64,000 nt of DNA from a virus. The DNA lies in IMG/VR virus record IMGVR_UViG_3300037245_002806, positions 1-64,000 of that record. One strand, written 5' to 3'. Position 1 is the stretch's first letter. The number at the start of each line of letters is the position of its first letter. Shown here in pieces: positions 20,233 to 29,428 of this stretch. A program made the position numbers and the translations under genes. The notes under the pieces were generated by a model. It worked only from the letters and a program-made list of their open reading frames with translations, made no database searches and was not told the origin of the DNA.

Positions 20233-20768
20233 CGGCGCCCGCCTTCCCACATCGGGATCAATTTAAACCAAAACATCGCCAACGCCAGGTACTCATGCCG
20301 CCCGATCTGTGTTACCCGCACATCGGCGAAGTGCTTCGCCATTCGCTTGGCTTTTGATCGGTCGCTCGGCATTTCCCGCCCTTTAACCTCGAAATATTCG
20401 CCCCGGATGGTTTGGACACGTGGCCGATCCCTTTTTACCTTGTTGCCGGGAAACGGCATATCTTTCTCCGGTCGCTTCCCTGGTAGGATATCCGCCCACC
20501 CGGCCAAGTCGTTTCCCAACGCGATCGGATTCCACTGCACCAAAAAGTCGGGAGTATACGCCCACGGCCCCCGCCGGTAGCCGGCTTCGGCAAACAAGTA
20601 AACGTGTGGCTCGTACCACCACTGTATGACTACCGTTCGAAGTCGCAAAGCCTCGAAGATCCTTGCAACGTTGGCTTCCATCGCCGAACGAAGAAAAAGC
20701 CCTTCGAGATCTTCCCGCTTCCCGCCCTTTGGCCGAACCGTCCGCCGGTTCGTATGCGCGATTACCAC
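20229..20768 (-). CDS. PD-(D/E)XK nuclease (DUF1064/T7 endonuclease I-like; possible resolvase)
   Basis: LRSAMEANVA...WYEP...YTPDF...FEVKG. Confidence 0.8.
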   Translation of the reverse strand: MVIAHTNRRTVRPKGGKREDLEGLFLRSAMEANVARIFEALRLRTVVIQWWYEPHVYLFAEAGYRRGPWAYTPDFLVQWNPIALGNDLAGWADILPGKRPEKDMPFPGNKVKRDRPRVQTIRGEYFEVKGREMPSDRSKAKRMAKHFADVRVTQIGRHEYLALAMFWFKLIPMWEGGRR

Positions 20769-21773
20769 TGCACGGCCCCCGGTAGATCGGATCTAAACTC
20801 GCCGCGGTACCCGGACAAAAGGGATCGCACTGTCTCGAATGGCGTCCACTCCCGAGGTGCAAAAACATAAAAGCCGAATCCGATTTCTCTTCGCTCGTAG
20901 TGGGTAACCGTTGGCTCTACAAACTTCGCCGCCTTGCCTGGCGGTGTCAACATCGGCCCCATGGCAACCGGCACATCGACCACCGTGGTGGTCTCGTCTA
21001 GGCCAATTACCTTGTTATCCGCCGGCCCGCCAATAAAGAGATAGCTTTTCATCTAAATAAACCCCACTGGAATTCGCATTTTTTTGTACCCTCTGGGAAA
21101 CCATGGGCAACTGCAAAACACCGACCGGCTTGGGTGATCTGGGCAACCGTCGTGGTAGGTCTGCACCGCCGCAAGTAGGCTCGGGTTGGCCCGTTTGCGT
21201 AGGCCGATGCTAAAAGAAGAATGCCCGGCACCGTTCCAGCATTTATTCACCGGCCCGAGTATCACCTCGGCCATGTGCCCAAGCTCTAGGATCTCTTTGT
21301 CCCGCCATATCCTCGGCTTGCTGCCTAGTCTGCTGCTTATGTATGCCTCCCGAAATTCGAAGGTCAGTACCGGTAGCCCCTTGGACCCTTCCGGGCATAT
21401 CCCGAAAACGATCCCCGCTCTCGGCCCTCCCATGGCGGTATGGATCCCGTGGTGTTGCAGTAACGCCCCCGGCGTCTGTGTGGCTTCATAAAGAAACCAC
21501 CGACCTTGCCGTAACCGTTTAAGAAGCTCTTTTGCAACGGGTTGTATTCTCTCTCGTGCCATTGTCTTAATTCTACCAGATAAAAGGCTTTTTTGCTAGG
21601 ATAAAGCGCCTTAATTGTCGCACCAAAGCATGATCTGGCTTTCTATGTTCATTTCGGCTTGTTCGATACGCCTGTAAACGTCGTCGAGATCGTGGTAGGT
21701 CCGGGCTGCCTGCACTGCTCCAGAACCGATAAGCGCCCCCAGGATAAAACCTAAGATAAACTTCACTCTCCAC
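20762..21773 (-). other. Hypothetical genes (20762-21052, 21053-21562 and a small membrane protein)
   Basis: Tiled ORFs. Confidence 0.5.
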
Positions 21774-22155
21774 CCCTTTTGTTTGCCGAACCCTTTAGTT
21801 TTACGAAAAGCTGGTTTGCATGGCTCGCGCAAAGCTGCGTTTTGCTCCGCCCGAGACCGATCCGAACCACCGCGGGATCACCTTCAAAAGCGCAATTCCC
21901 GCTCGAAATCCTGGTAACGACAACGTTTTCCCCGGAAGCCCCGCCCCCGCCGCCGCCGGCGCTACCGCCGCGGAAATCGTCGCTGTTGGGGCAACTCTCC
22001 CAATGGGGTTTTGCTTCTCCGGTGTCCATGGGGATCTTTTTGCCGTTCGGGGTCTCCCACCATGTGATCTCGGCCTCGCACCCTTTGCACTTGCCATCGT
22101 TTAACCGCTTGTAATTGCGATCTTCCATTTCCTCGACCGTTGTTGGAAAGCTCAC
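21763..22155 (-). CDS. Zinc-finger phage protein
   Basis: CKGCEAEITWWETPNGKKIPMD...HWESC. Confidence 0.65.
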   Translation of the reverse strand: MSFPTTVEEMEDRNYKRLNDGKCKGCEAEITWWETPNGKKIPMDTGEAKPHWESCPNSDDFRGGSAGGGGGGASGENVVVTRISSGNCAFEGDPAVVRIGLGRSKTQLCASHANQLFVKLKGSANKRGGE

Positions 22156-22517
22156 GATTTGCCCCCTTTAACTTCCTCGCGGTAGTCGGTACGGCTTTCT
22201 CGGCACGCGCATTCGCCCTCGTGCTCTTCTGGTAGGTTACATGTGCGGGTATGTGGCCATCCGACGGTGTGCGACAAATCCCGGCTTTCTATATCATCCC
22301 CCGCCTCGGTAGATACCCGAAAGCCCTGGGAAACCAAAAGCTCGACCACCGCCCGCTTGGCCCGGCTGTCGGCCCGGAATTCCACGGTTACCGGCTTTCC
22401 GGTCATGCTGTCGAGTAGGATCTTGCCCCGGATTTCGACGTCTTCGCCGCTTACCTGGTTGACTTTTATGTGGATCGATTCGATAAAAAGCTCGCATTCG
22501 GTTTGGATGCTAAACAC
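22152..22517 (-). CDS. Hypothetical protein with one C-x5-H-x-G-x-C motif
   Basis: CNLPEEHEGEC. Confidence 0.6.
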   Translation of the reverse strand: MFSIQTECELFIESIHIKVNQVSGEDVEIRGKILLDSMTGKPVTVEFRADSRAKRAVVELLVSQGFRVSTEAGDDIESRDLSHTVGWPHTRTCNLPEEHEGECACRESRTDYREEVKGGKS

Positions 22518-23133
22518 CGGATTTCCCCGGCGGAAGCAACGCCCGCACGGCTTCGACGGCGCCTTTAACCTTGCATCCGTTGATGTAAACCTCGATTTCC
22601 TTGGGTGGGTGGTTTAGCAGTGGGATCACCGGTAACGGCTTTTTGTCTTCCAATGGCAAGGCCGCTTGTGCAACTGCTTCCGCCGCTGCCTTTGCTCGGG
22701 TAAGCTCGTTCAAAATCGGGCGCCCGAGGCTGCTATTCCATGCCACATCGGCGATCCAATCCTCGTCTAGCTCGCTCTGCACAAAGGTGTAGCTCCTCAA
22801 AAGGTGGGTTGCTGTAATGTGCTTGCACGATCCTTTGGTCTTCCCGCCTGGCCGGCCCTTGGCAACCCGCATAGCAAAGCACTTTTTGCCGTAGCCGCGG
22901 GGATCGTCTACCCCCGTTTTGATCACCGCGATCCGCTCGGTGGCACTCCTCGAAGCTCCAACAAACATCTGGGCACCTTCGTAAATGCCTAGCCGGATCT
23001 TTTTCATGTTGCGTTGGCTCTCTCGCAACCGCGCCGTTCGTTCATCGTCCATTATTCTCCCCTTTCTATTGCCCAATTGTAGCACATCTACCGAATAATG
23101 CAACCGTTTTATCGGTGTTCCAAGGTGTTCCAT
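22510..23133 (-). CDS. Hypothetical protein (possible SWIM-like Zn finger)
   Basis: C...SCKHITA; true start may be internal (MDDERT). Confidence 0.45.
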   Translation of the reverse strand: MEHLGTPIKRLHYSVDVLQLGNRKGRIMDDERTARLRESQRNMKKIRLGIYEGAQMFVGASRSATERIAVIKTGVDDPRGYGKKCFAMRVAKGRPGGKTKGSCKHITATHLLRSYTFVQSELDEDWIADVAWNSSLGRPILNELTRAKAAAEAVAQAALPLEDKKPLPVIPLLNHPPKEIEVYINGCKVKGAVEAVRALLPPGKSGV

Positions 23134-23148
23134 GCTGTTGCTGCTCGC

Positions 23149-25008
23149 CTAATTCTCTGTTACCCACGCCGGCGCGTCGTCGTCCCCGTCTGACCACCCT
23201 TTTGCCTGGCGCCACGCCCCGCGCTTGCCCTTGTATTCCACTTGCTCGCCTTGGTAAAGCTCGCGGAAACGGTGTTGCGCGCCTTCGAGATACAAGATCG
23301 CGTCTTTCTGGCTCCCGAAACGGGTTTTCTCGATACGTACCAACGTATACGGGCTCAATAGCGGTTTTTCGTGGTCTTCTCGGTCGTAAAGCTCCGTGTC
23401 CTTCGGGCTCGTAACCTGCTGCCGGTGTAGGATGATCATATTATCGGCATCCGATAGCAGATCCACCGATTCCTTTACATCCCAGCGGTTCATTATCTTC
23501 CCAAGCTCGATTTTTCTAGGCTGTGCGATTGCGACCACCGTTATATTGTTTTCCATCGCCAGGTTTTTAAGCCCTATGGAAAGCTCCCCGATTATGTAGC
23601 GCGCTTTCTCGCCCCGGCCCAAAACATGCACATTATCGAAAAAAAGTATCTTCAAGTCGAAGCGGTGGATCGCTTCTTGCATTAAATCGAGCACCGCCGA
23701 CACGTCTTTAAACTTGGGAGCATACCCGAGGTAGAACGGTCTCTCGGCGTAGTCTTCGCCGAATCTCTCGATGACCCCGCCGTCGTTCGCCTTTAGCTGG
23801 TGGATGTCCTTTTGGTATCTGGCCATGATCACCTTGGCAACTAGCTCGTCGGCCCCCATTTCCAAGCAATAAAAAAGCGCCGGCTTGTTTTGCTCGGCCC
23901 AAAAGTCGCATATCTGCAACCCGAAAGTCGTTTTCCCGACGTTCTGTGGTGCCGAAAGCACGACCAACCCGTTAAACCTGGCCATCCGGTCGTTGACCAC
24001 CGCCCACGGCGTATGTGCCTCGATAGGCTCGCTACTACCGAAAAAGCCCGCCTTTAGATCCTCGATTAGGTCTGTAACGTGCTTGATCGTCGGGATCTCC
24101 GCCTTGGCGGAACCCTTGATCAACCCGTCCATCTTCGCCTTGGCTTGCTTGCCGTGTTTTACCAGAAATTCGTTTGCGTCTTTTACGTCATCCGGTAGCC
24201 GCACCACCTTGGCGATATCGATCCCGATTTTCTTGGATACCTTCTCCGCGGCCTCTCGCCCGGTTTTATCGGAATCGAAAAGCACGTAAACGGTTTCCAT
24301 CTTCCGCAATTGCTCCATGTGGCCAATGGGCATCGAATTCTCGCCCGTGGTACTCGCCACGACCGACCGATATCCCATGGTCATTAACGAGATTGCGTCC
24401 GTTTCGCCGCTCGCCAGGATTACCGATCGTAGCGGTTGCCCCTCTTTTTGGAAGTCGAGCACATCGCCGTTATACAAAACCGATTTGTACCCCTTTAGCC
24501 GGCGGAACCGGTGGAGACCTTCGCGTAGGTCTGGGGGAAAGATTCGGTATTTGATCCCTCGCCATTCCTTCCCAACTCGCCATGGGAACCCGATCCATCT
24601 GGCGCCCTTCCACTCTTCGAGAATAAGGGACATGCCTTTGATCACCGGCTCACCGAATCCCCGTTGCTGCAAGAGATATTCGCACACGTCGGCGTCGGCC
24701 AAAAGCCGTTTTACCCCGCCTTGGATCCTGCTGTTCTCGATGGGCTCGGGCTCGGGCTCTGGCTCCACCGGTGGCGCCGTATATGCCGGGCGAAGCGAAA
24801 GCATCCCAAGCTCTTGTTTTAGCTGGTAAAGGTTTCCCGCCTTGCCGCACGCCTTGCAGTCCCATAAACCCTCGGCGGCATTGCAATAAAAGTGGTCCTT
24901 TTTCTGGCAAAACGGGCACGCCCCGATATATTGCCCACCGCTCCGACGTACCTGGATCCCCGCTGCTTGCAGAACTGCGCCAGGATCTTCCTTCGGATAG
25001 TCGCTCAT
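23149..25008 (-). CDS. DNA primase-helicase (Zn finger + TOPRIM + SF4 DnaB-like helicase; T7 gp4/Twinkle-like)
   Basis: CPFC..H..C..CKAC; SGETDAIS and FDSDKTG TOPRIM motifs; Walker A APQNVGKTT; FFDNVH; AIAQPRK; EKTRFG. Confidence 0.92.
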   Translation of the reverse strand: MSDYPKEDPGAVLQAAGIQVRRSGGQYIGACPFCQKKDHFYCNAAEGLWDCKACGKAGNLYQLKQELGMLSLRPAYTAPPVEPEPEPEPIENSRIQGGVKRLLADADVCEYLLQQRGFGEPVIKGMSLILEEWKGARWIGFPWRVGKEWRGIKYRIFPPDLREGLHRFRRLKGYKSVLYNGDVLDFQKEGQPLRSVILASGETDAISLMTMGYRSVVASTTGENSMPIGHMEQLRKMETVYVLFDSDKTGREAAEKVSKKIGIDIAKVVRLPDDVKDANEFLVKHGKQAKAKMDGLIKGSAKAEIPTIKHVTDLIEDLKAGFFGSSEPIEAHTPWAVVNDRMARFNGLVVLSAPQNVGKTTFGLQICDFWAEQNKPALFYCLEMGADELVAKVIMARYQKDIHQLKANDGGVIERFGEDYAERPFYLGYAPKFKDVSAVLDLMQEAIHRFDLKILFFDNVHVLGRGEKARYIIGELSIGLKNLAMENNITVVAIAQPRKIELGKIMNRWDVKESVDLLSDADNMIILHRQQVTSPKDTELYDREDHEKPLLSPYTLVRIEKTRFGSQKDAILYLEGAQHRFRELYQGEQVEYKGKRGAWRQAKGWSDGDDDAPAWVTEN

Positions 25009-25235
25009 TCTGCAACCTCGTCGATTTCGAAACGCCCGTTTTCTTCGAGTAGCCACACATCTACGGTCGCCATGTACCGCTCTTTCACCCTACAAAGCCA
25101 CTTAACGTGGCCGGCGAGAAAAACGACCAACTTTGCCGTTATGATCGGGTGTCTCCATCCCGGCGCCGCTTCTACGCAAAACCGCTTTTTGTGGGCGGCG
25201 CACTCCACCCAAAGCTTAATCCGCATGTTCCGCAT
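25005..25235 (-). CDS. Hypothetical protein
   Basis: Tiled ORF. Confidence 0.5.
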   Translation of the reverse strand: MRNMRIKLWVECAAHKKRFCVEAAPGWRHPIITAKLVVFLAGHVKWLCRVKERYMATVDVWLLEENGRFEIDEVAE

Positions 25236-25250
25236 GGTCCCCCCTCTCTC

Positions 25251-25859
25251 TCATATACCGCTCTCCCCGTCGCCGTACCCCTCGTCGCCCCGGTCCCCCC
25301 TCTCTATCACCGCCCCTTCGTTCGACTCCAGAAACCACACCCGCATGGAGTTAAATAGCGCCATTCGCATCGGGGTGTTGGTAATTGGTACCCCTTTCTT
25401 TAGCTCCACGGTGCTTATTTGCAAGGTGTGCTTGTATTTGCCCTCGTGCCGTTCGTCTTCGCCGAGCCACTCCCACGTATCCCGAAACGGCGAGTCAATG
25501 TGCATCCGAACCCTTACAAACCATTTCCCCTCTTGGATCTTCTTTTCCAGAAACGCCCCTAGCAGTTTATCCCGCTTGGCCTCGTGCTCGATTTGACTCT
25601 CCATCGCCGCGTCGAAAGCGCCGTCCGCTGTGGTTTTGGGATCTACCCACCGGGCAAGCTGCGGCGCCGATGGGAAAAACTTCGATCCGGATTCTTTTAC
25701 GAACCTCCGGATCCCGGCCAAAAGGTCTTCGAAGTCGTGGTCCGCCAAAACGTCGTAATAAACCTGGTAGTTTAGTTCGGTAAACTCCGGGCAGTCGGGA
25801 AACGCCGCTATTAGATACGCCAGCGCCTTATTTATCTGGCTGTTTAGTAGTTTTGCCAT
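25251..25859 (-). CDS. Helicase loader/inhibitor (G39P-like N-terminal domain)
   Basis: LIAAFP...YYDVLADHDFEDLLAGIRRFVKESGSKFFPSAPQL; lies between initiator and helicase. Confidence 0.6.
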   Translation of the reverse strand: MAKLLNSQINKALAYLIAAFPDCPEFTELNYQVYYDVLADHDFEDLLAGIRRFVKESGSKFFPSAPQLARWVDPKTTADGAFDAAMESQIEHEAKRDKLLGAFLEKKIQEGKWFVRVRMHIDSPFRDTWEWLGEDERHEGKYKHTLQISTVELKKGVPITNTPMRMALFNSMRVWFLESNEGAVIERGDRGDEGYGDGESGI

Positions 25860-26850
25860 CTTCCAATAACCTCCTTTTCTGCGCTTCCTCGGCTTCGAAT
25901 CGTTTTTGCCGCTCTTCCGCGGCCTTTAGATTTCTGCTGCTCGTGTTATACCGCCCCTTGGCGCCCGTCGTACTCCCCCGGATTCGATCGAGTCGGTCCA
26001 CTTTGGCTTGCTCGCTGTTTAGCCAATTGGTAAAAAACTTGATCGCGCTCTTTTTCCGCCGGCTCCTGGTTTGCGATACGTTCCAATTGCCGGCCCTGGC
26101 TTGCTCGGTGTCGATGTTCAGCTTGGGATAGCTCTTTGCCATGGCATCGGCAAAGTCTGTGGCCATTTCGATCTCTCCGGCAGAATTGAACCAGATCCCC
26201 TTGGATCGATCTGGCGGGGCGGTGCTCGCACCGTCCACCTTCCCCCCCACTCCCCCCCTTTCTACAAAGATCTGATCTTGAATATAATTATTTTCTTTAC
26301 TTGAGGGATCTAAATCTAAATCTATATCTATATCGCTACCCGTTTGCTGGCTTTCGTCGATAGCTTTTGCTGCGTTTTGCTGCGTTTCGTCGATAGCTTT
26401 TGGTGTAGCTTTTGCTGTGGCTTTTGGTGTAGCTTTTGCTACTTCCGGTGGGATTCCTTCCCGGTCTTCGAGTAGCTTTTGCTGCGCCTTTTGCCGCTTC
26501 TTTGCTGTAGCTTTTCCTCCCAGAGCGCCCAACGTTTGCCGCTGCTCAATCATCTTCGCATACTGGCGCCGGCTGTCTTCCTGCACTGGGTGGGTTTGCC
26601 GGCCCGCGCCTTTGGGCTCGAATTTCCCCTTGATCAACTCGACCAACTCGGCAAAGTCTTCGTCGTTTTCGACCTTTAGGAGCTTTCTTACGTGGTCCCA
26701 CTTCGAGGGGATAGATCCTTCCGTCCAGTCGTGGGATAAAATCTTTAGATACATGCCTATCTGGCGGTAATTAAGCAACTGTACCGCCTCGTCTCGCCAG
26801 AATTTATCGGGATAAAATCGAAACCACGGTGGGCTTTTCATCAAGTGCAC
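25828..26850 (-). CDS. DUF1376 (YdaU-like) phage replication initiator
   Basis: PPWFRFYPDKFWRD...QIGMYLKILSHDW...; GGKATA; DIDID linker; C-terminal FFTNWLN. Confidence 0.8.
   Translation of the reverse strand: MHLMKSPPWFRFYPDKFWRDEAVQLLNYRQIGMYLKILSHDWTEGSIPSKWDHVRKLLKVENDEDFAELVELIKGKFEPKGAGRQTHPVQEDSRRQYAKMIEQRQTLGALGGKATAKKRQKAQQKLLEDREGIPPEVAKATPKATAKATPKAIDETQQNAAKAIDESQQTGSDIDIDLDLDPSSKENNYIQDQIFVERGGVGGKVDGASTAPPDRSKGIWFNSAGEIEMATDFADAMAKSYPKLNIDTEQARAGNWNVSQTRSRRKKSAIKFFTNWLNSEQAKVDRLDRIRGSTTGAKGRYNTSSRNLKAAEERQKRFEAEEAQKRRLLEDGKTTKQPDK
26275..26441. repeat. Putative replication origin: 12-bp iteron-like repeats (26361-26441) next to an AT-rich tract (26275-26335)
   Basis: TAGCTTTTG[G/C]T[G/A] x4 in tandem plus an extra copy, inside the initiator gene (lambda O/ori-like layout). 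Confidence 0.65.
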
Positions 26851-26920
26851 CTCTCTCCCATGCCTAACCGTCCTCGGGTCTTACGCTTCCCGAAAGGGTA
26901 GCGCCTCTTGTAACCTGCTG

Positions 26921-27427
26921 TCAATAAATATTTTGCAAGCGCCGGTCGAAAAGCACCGCAATGCTACCGAACTTCGGGGATCCCAATGACTTACCCGTTT
27001 TGGGGTCCACGTGTTTTATTCTCCGGGCAAGAAACGTCCCGCGGCATCCTGGGATCCAGATATTCCTTTCTCGATCGAATATCTGGCCGAACCATATTGT
27101 GCTCGTGTCTGATGGTAAAAGCGCCACGATAACTAACCCGTTGTTTCGGCTCTCTTCCCAGAATTTTCGGATCCACTTCGCCAGCGGCCCCCCGGCTTGG
27201 CTATACGGCGGGTTAACCCAAACTGCCGCGCCGGCGGGCGCATACTCCCGCCACGCCACCTTTAAAGCATCGATCTCTTTGGTAAGGAACGGCGATACGA
27301 TAGCGTTTTCCTTGCTCGCAGCGGCGTCCAACCGGAAGCGCAAGAGATCATGCCACGGCTTCCAAATTTGCTCTGGTGTGCTCCACTCGTCTCCGCACGA
27401 ATTATCCACTTTTTCCGCTTCGCTCAC
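26921..27427 (-). CDS. Phage DNA N6-adenine methyltransferase (Dam family)
   Basis: DEWSTP, LDAAAS, DAL...W, WVNPPYS, ALLPSDTSTIWF. Confidence 0.88.
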   Translation of the reverse strand: MSEAEKVDNSCGDEWSTPEQIWKPWHDLLRFRLDAAASKENAIVSPFLTKEIDALKVAWREYAPAGAAVWVNPPYSQAGGPLAKWIRKFWEESRNNGLVIVALLPSDTSTIWFGQIFDRERNIWIPGCRGTFLARRIKHVDPKTGKSLGSPKFGSIAVLFDRRLQNIY

Positions 27428-28126
27428 GATGTTTTCTCCGCGCACCGGAATTCGAGCACCTTTGTATCCCACCCGCGCCGCTCGGCCTCTTTGTTGCCCT
27501 CCGTCCGGGCTCGCACGGAATTTTCGGCCTTTACGACCACGTGGGCTGGAAGCCCCGCGATCCCCAAGATCCCGAACGTAACGCAATATTCATCCAGCTT
27601 TTTCTTTCCCATGCCGTAACTCCTCCTCTGTGCAATTTAAGATCCCTTTGGCGGGCTCTCGTAGCATTGCCTCGACCTCTTTTTCCGCCAGCGCCCGCAC
27701 AAAGTCGGCAATTTCGTCGCCGAGCGCCTTGGCGATTCTTTCTCGCTGCTCGCCCTCGGCCCCGACGATCCCTTGGTAAACGGTATCGTTTAACGCCATC
27801 GCAATTAAGATCCCGCCGTCGATCCTCCGAATCTCAATCTGCTTTGGGGGCAACGGCCCCTCCCGAGGCAGGAAATGTGCCATTTTCTATCCTTCCGGCA
27901 AAATTATGTGTAGATCTTCCGATTGGTTGCGGTGCACCTTGATCGCCATCTCTGCACCACCGCCGACGATAAAGGGCTTGTCTTGATCGTCGGGATCTTG
28001 GGTGGTAGGCCATTCCACGTAAACCTCCACCCAATGCCCCATGGAACAACTCTCGACCACGATTTCCTCTTTCTTTATGCGGATTACCGCTGCTCTCACG
28101 CCGGCCCCCCCATAAACTTCTCCCAC
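27424..28126 (-). other. Three small hypothetical genes (27424-27612, 27590-27883, 27887-28126)
   Basis: Tiled ORFs. Confidence 0.5.
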
Positions 28127-29427
28127 GCTTCCGCGGGGTCTGGCTCGTCGGCGTCGTCTTTTAGCGCCTTGTCGATCGTCGGCTCCGGCTCGGGGTCGCT
28201 CGGCCCGTTACCCTTTTCCGGCTCGCTTTCTATATCATCTCCCCCCTTGGCGGGCTCGGGTGTTTCGGGTGTTGGCTCGGTTGCCGCGGGCTCTTCGAAT
28301 GGCCCCGCCTCCGCCGGCTTGGTGGGCTCGTCCTCGTCCTTGCCTTTGTTTTTCGATCCCTTTGGCCGGCCCCGCTTCTTCGGCTCGGCCTTCGGCTCCT
28401 CTGTTTTTTTGATTTCCTCCTGGATCGCGTCCTGCACCTTTTCGCCGGTGCTTTTGTTCTCTGTGCCCGCCTGCTCGGGCTCGGGCTTCTTCTCCGACGT
28501 TTTGTCGGCTTCCGCCTTCTTCTGTGCGATAAAGGTATCGAGCGCCGTTCCTGCGGCCTCTGAGCCCTTAATGCCCGCCGGCACCGCCACGGTATCCTTG
28601 CCCGCTTCGAGTAGCTTTTGTGCCACCGCGATCAACTGTTTGTCCATGTTGGCCGCTAGTATCTGGTCTACCCCGGCGTCTACCTTCTCGTCCAGAGAAA
28701 CCGCGCCGGCCAGAGTATCGTCTAACGCCGGGCTCAACTTTAGCACCTGGCGCAACGGGGTTTTCTTCTCCATCCACGACCGGACGAGATCGCTTTTCGA
28801 CCGCCACGGGGAAAATTGGCTTTCGGACCCGTCGGAAAGATGATCCCGGATCTCTTGGATCTGCCATCCCATAACGTAGTCGAAATCCGACTCCCCGCCT
28901 TTGTACCGTAGGATCGCGTAAGCCAATTTCAACTTGCGATCCTTTTTGGCTTGCTCGTCGAGGTTGGGCACGTGTACCAACTTTTCGTCGAGACCCTTTA
29001 CAATCTCGATACCGTCCCCCTCGTAAACCCGCTCGGCGGAAACCGACTTGCCTGGCTCTGCAATCGGCGAGCGTCGGAACAGGTTTACCCAACCGCGATA
29101 CCCGAGCATAAAATTGCATCGGAGCATCCCAAGATCTTTATCGTACCTTGGGACGAGGTATACATGCCCCCGCAAGTCGTCCGGGTAAAGGCTGTACTCT
29201 GCACACGTTTTAAACGCCGCAACTATGCTCATGGTCTCGCACATTACCAACTTTGGATTGCGCGAAAACACCTGCAACGCCATTTGGCCGAACCGATCCA
29301 CGTTGAGATCGATGGTTTTGGCCCACGTCTTGCGGATAACCGGTAGAAAGCTCGGTAAAAAGCTCTCTTCGAACCGATCGAGCCGGCCCATTAATGCAAC
29401 ATCTGTGCCATGCTTAACGTTTCCCAT
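28096..29427 (-). CDS. recT: RecT-family ssDNA annealing recombinase with long acidic/Pro-rich tail
   Basis: GHVYLVP, FMLGYRG, AERVYEGD, AYAI, SPW, MEKKTPLRQ. Confidence 0.9.
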   Translation of the reverse strand: MGNVKHGTDVALMGRLDRFEESFLPSFLPVIRKTWAKTIDLNVDRFGQMALQVFSRNPKLVMCETMSIVAAFKTCAEYSLYPDDLRGHVYLVPRYDKDLGMLRCNFMLGYRGWVNLFRRSPIAEPGKSVSAERVYEGDGIEIVKGLDEKLVHVPNLDEQAKKDRKLKLAYAILRYKGGESDFDYVMGWQIQEIRDHLSDGSESQFSPWRSKSDLVRSWMEKKTPLRQVLKLSPALDDTLAGAVSLDEKVDAGVDQILAANMDKQLIAVAQKLLEAGKDTVAVPAGIKGSEAAGTALDTFIAQKKAEADKTSEKKPEPEQAGTENKSTGEKVQDAIQEEIKKTEEPKAEPKKRGRPKGSKNKGKDEDEPTKPAEAGPFEEPAATEPTPETPEPAKGGDDIESEPEKGNGPSDPEPEPTIDKALKDDADEPDPAEAWEKFMGGPA

Positions 29428-29428
29428 T

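Noticed and set aside
26321-26341. Tenth copy of the polar motif (also a partial at ~25301)
   Set aside because: The core is mismatched and is explained by the DIDID linker typical of initiator proteins.
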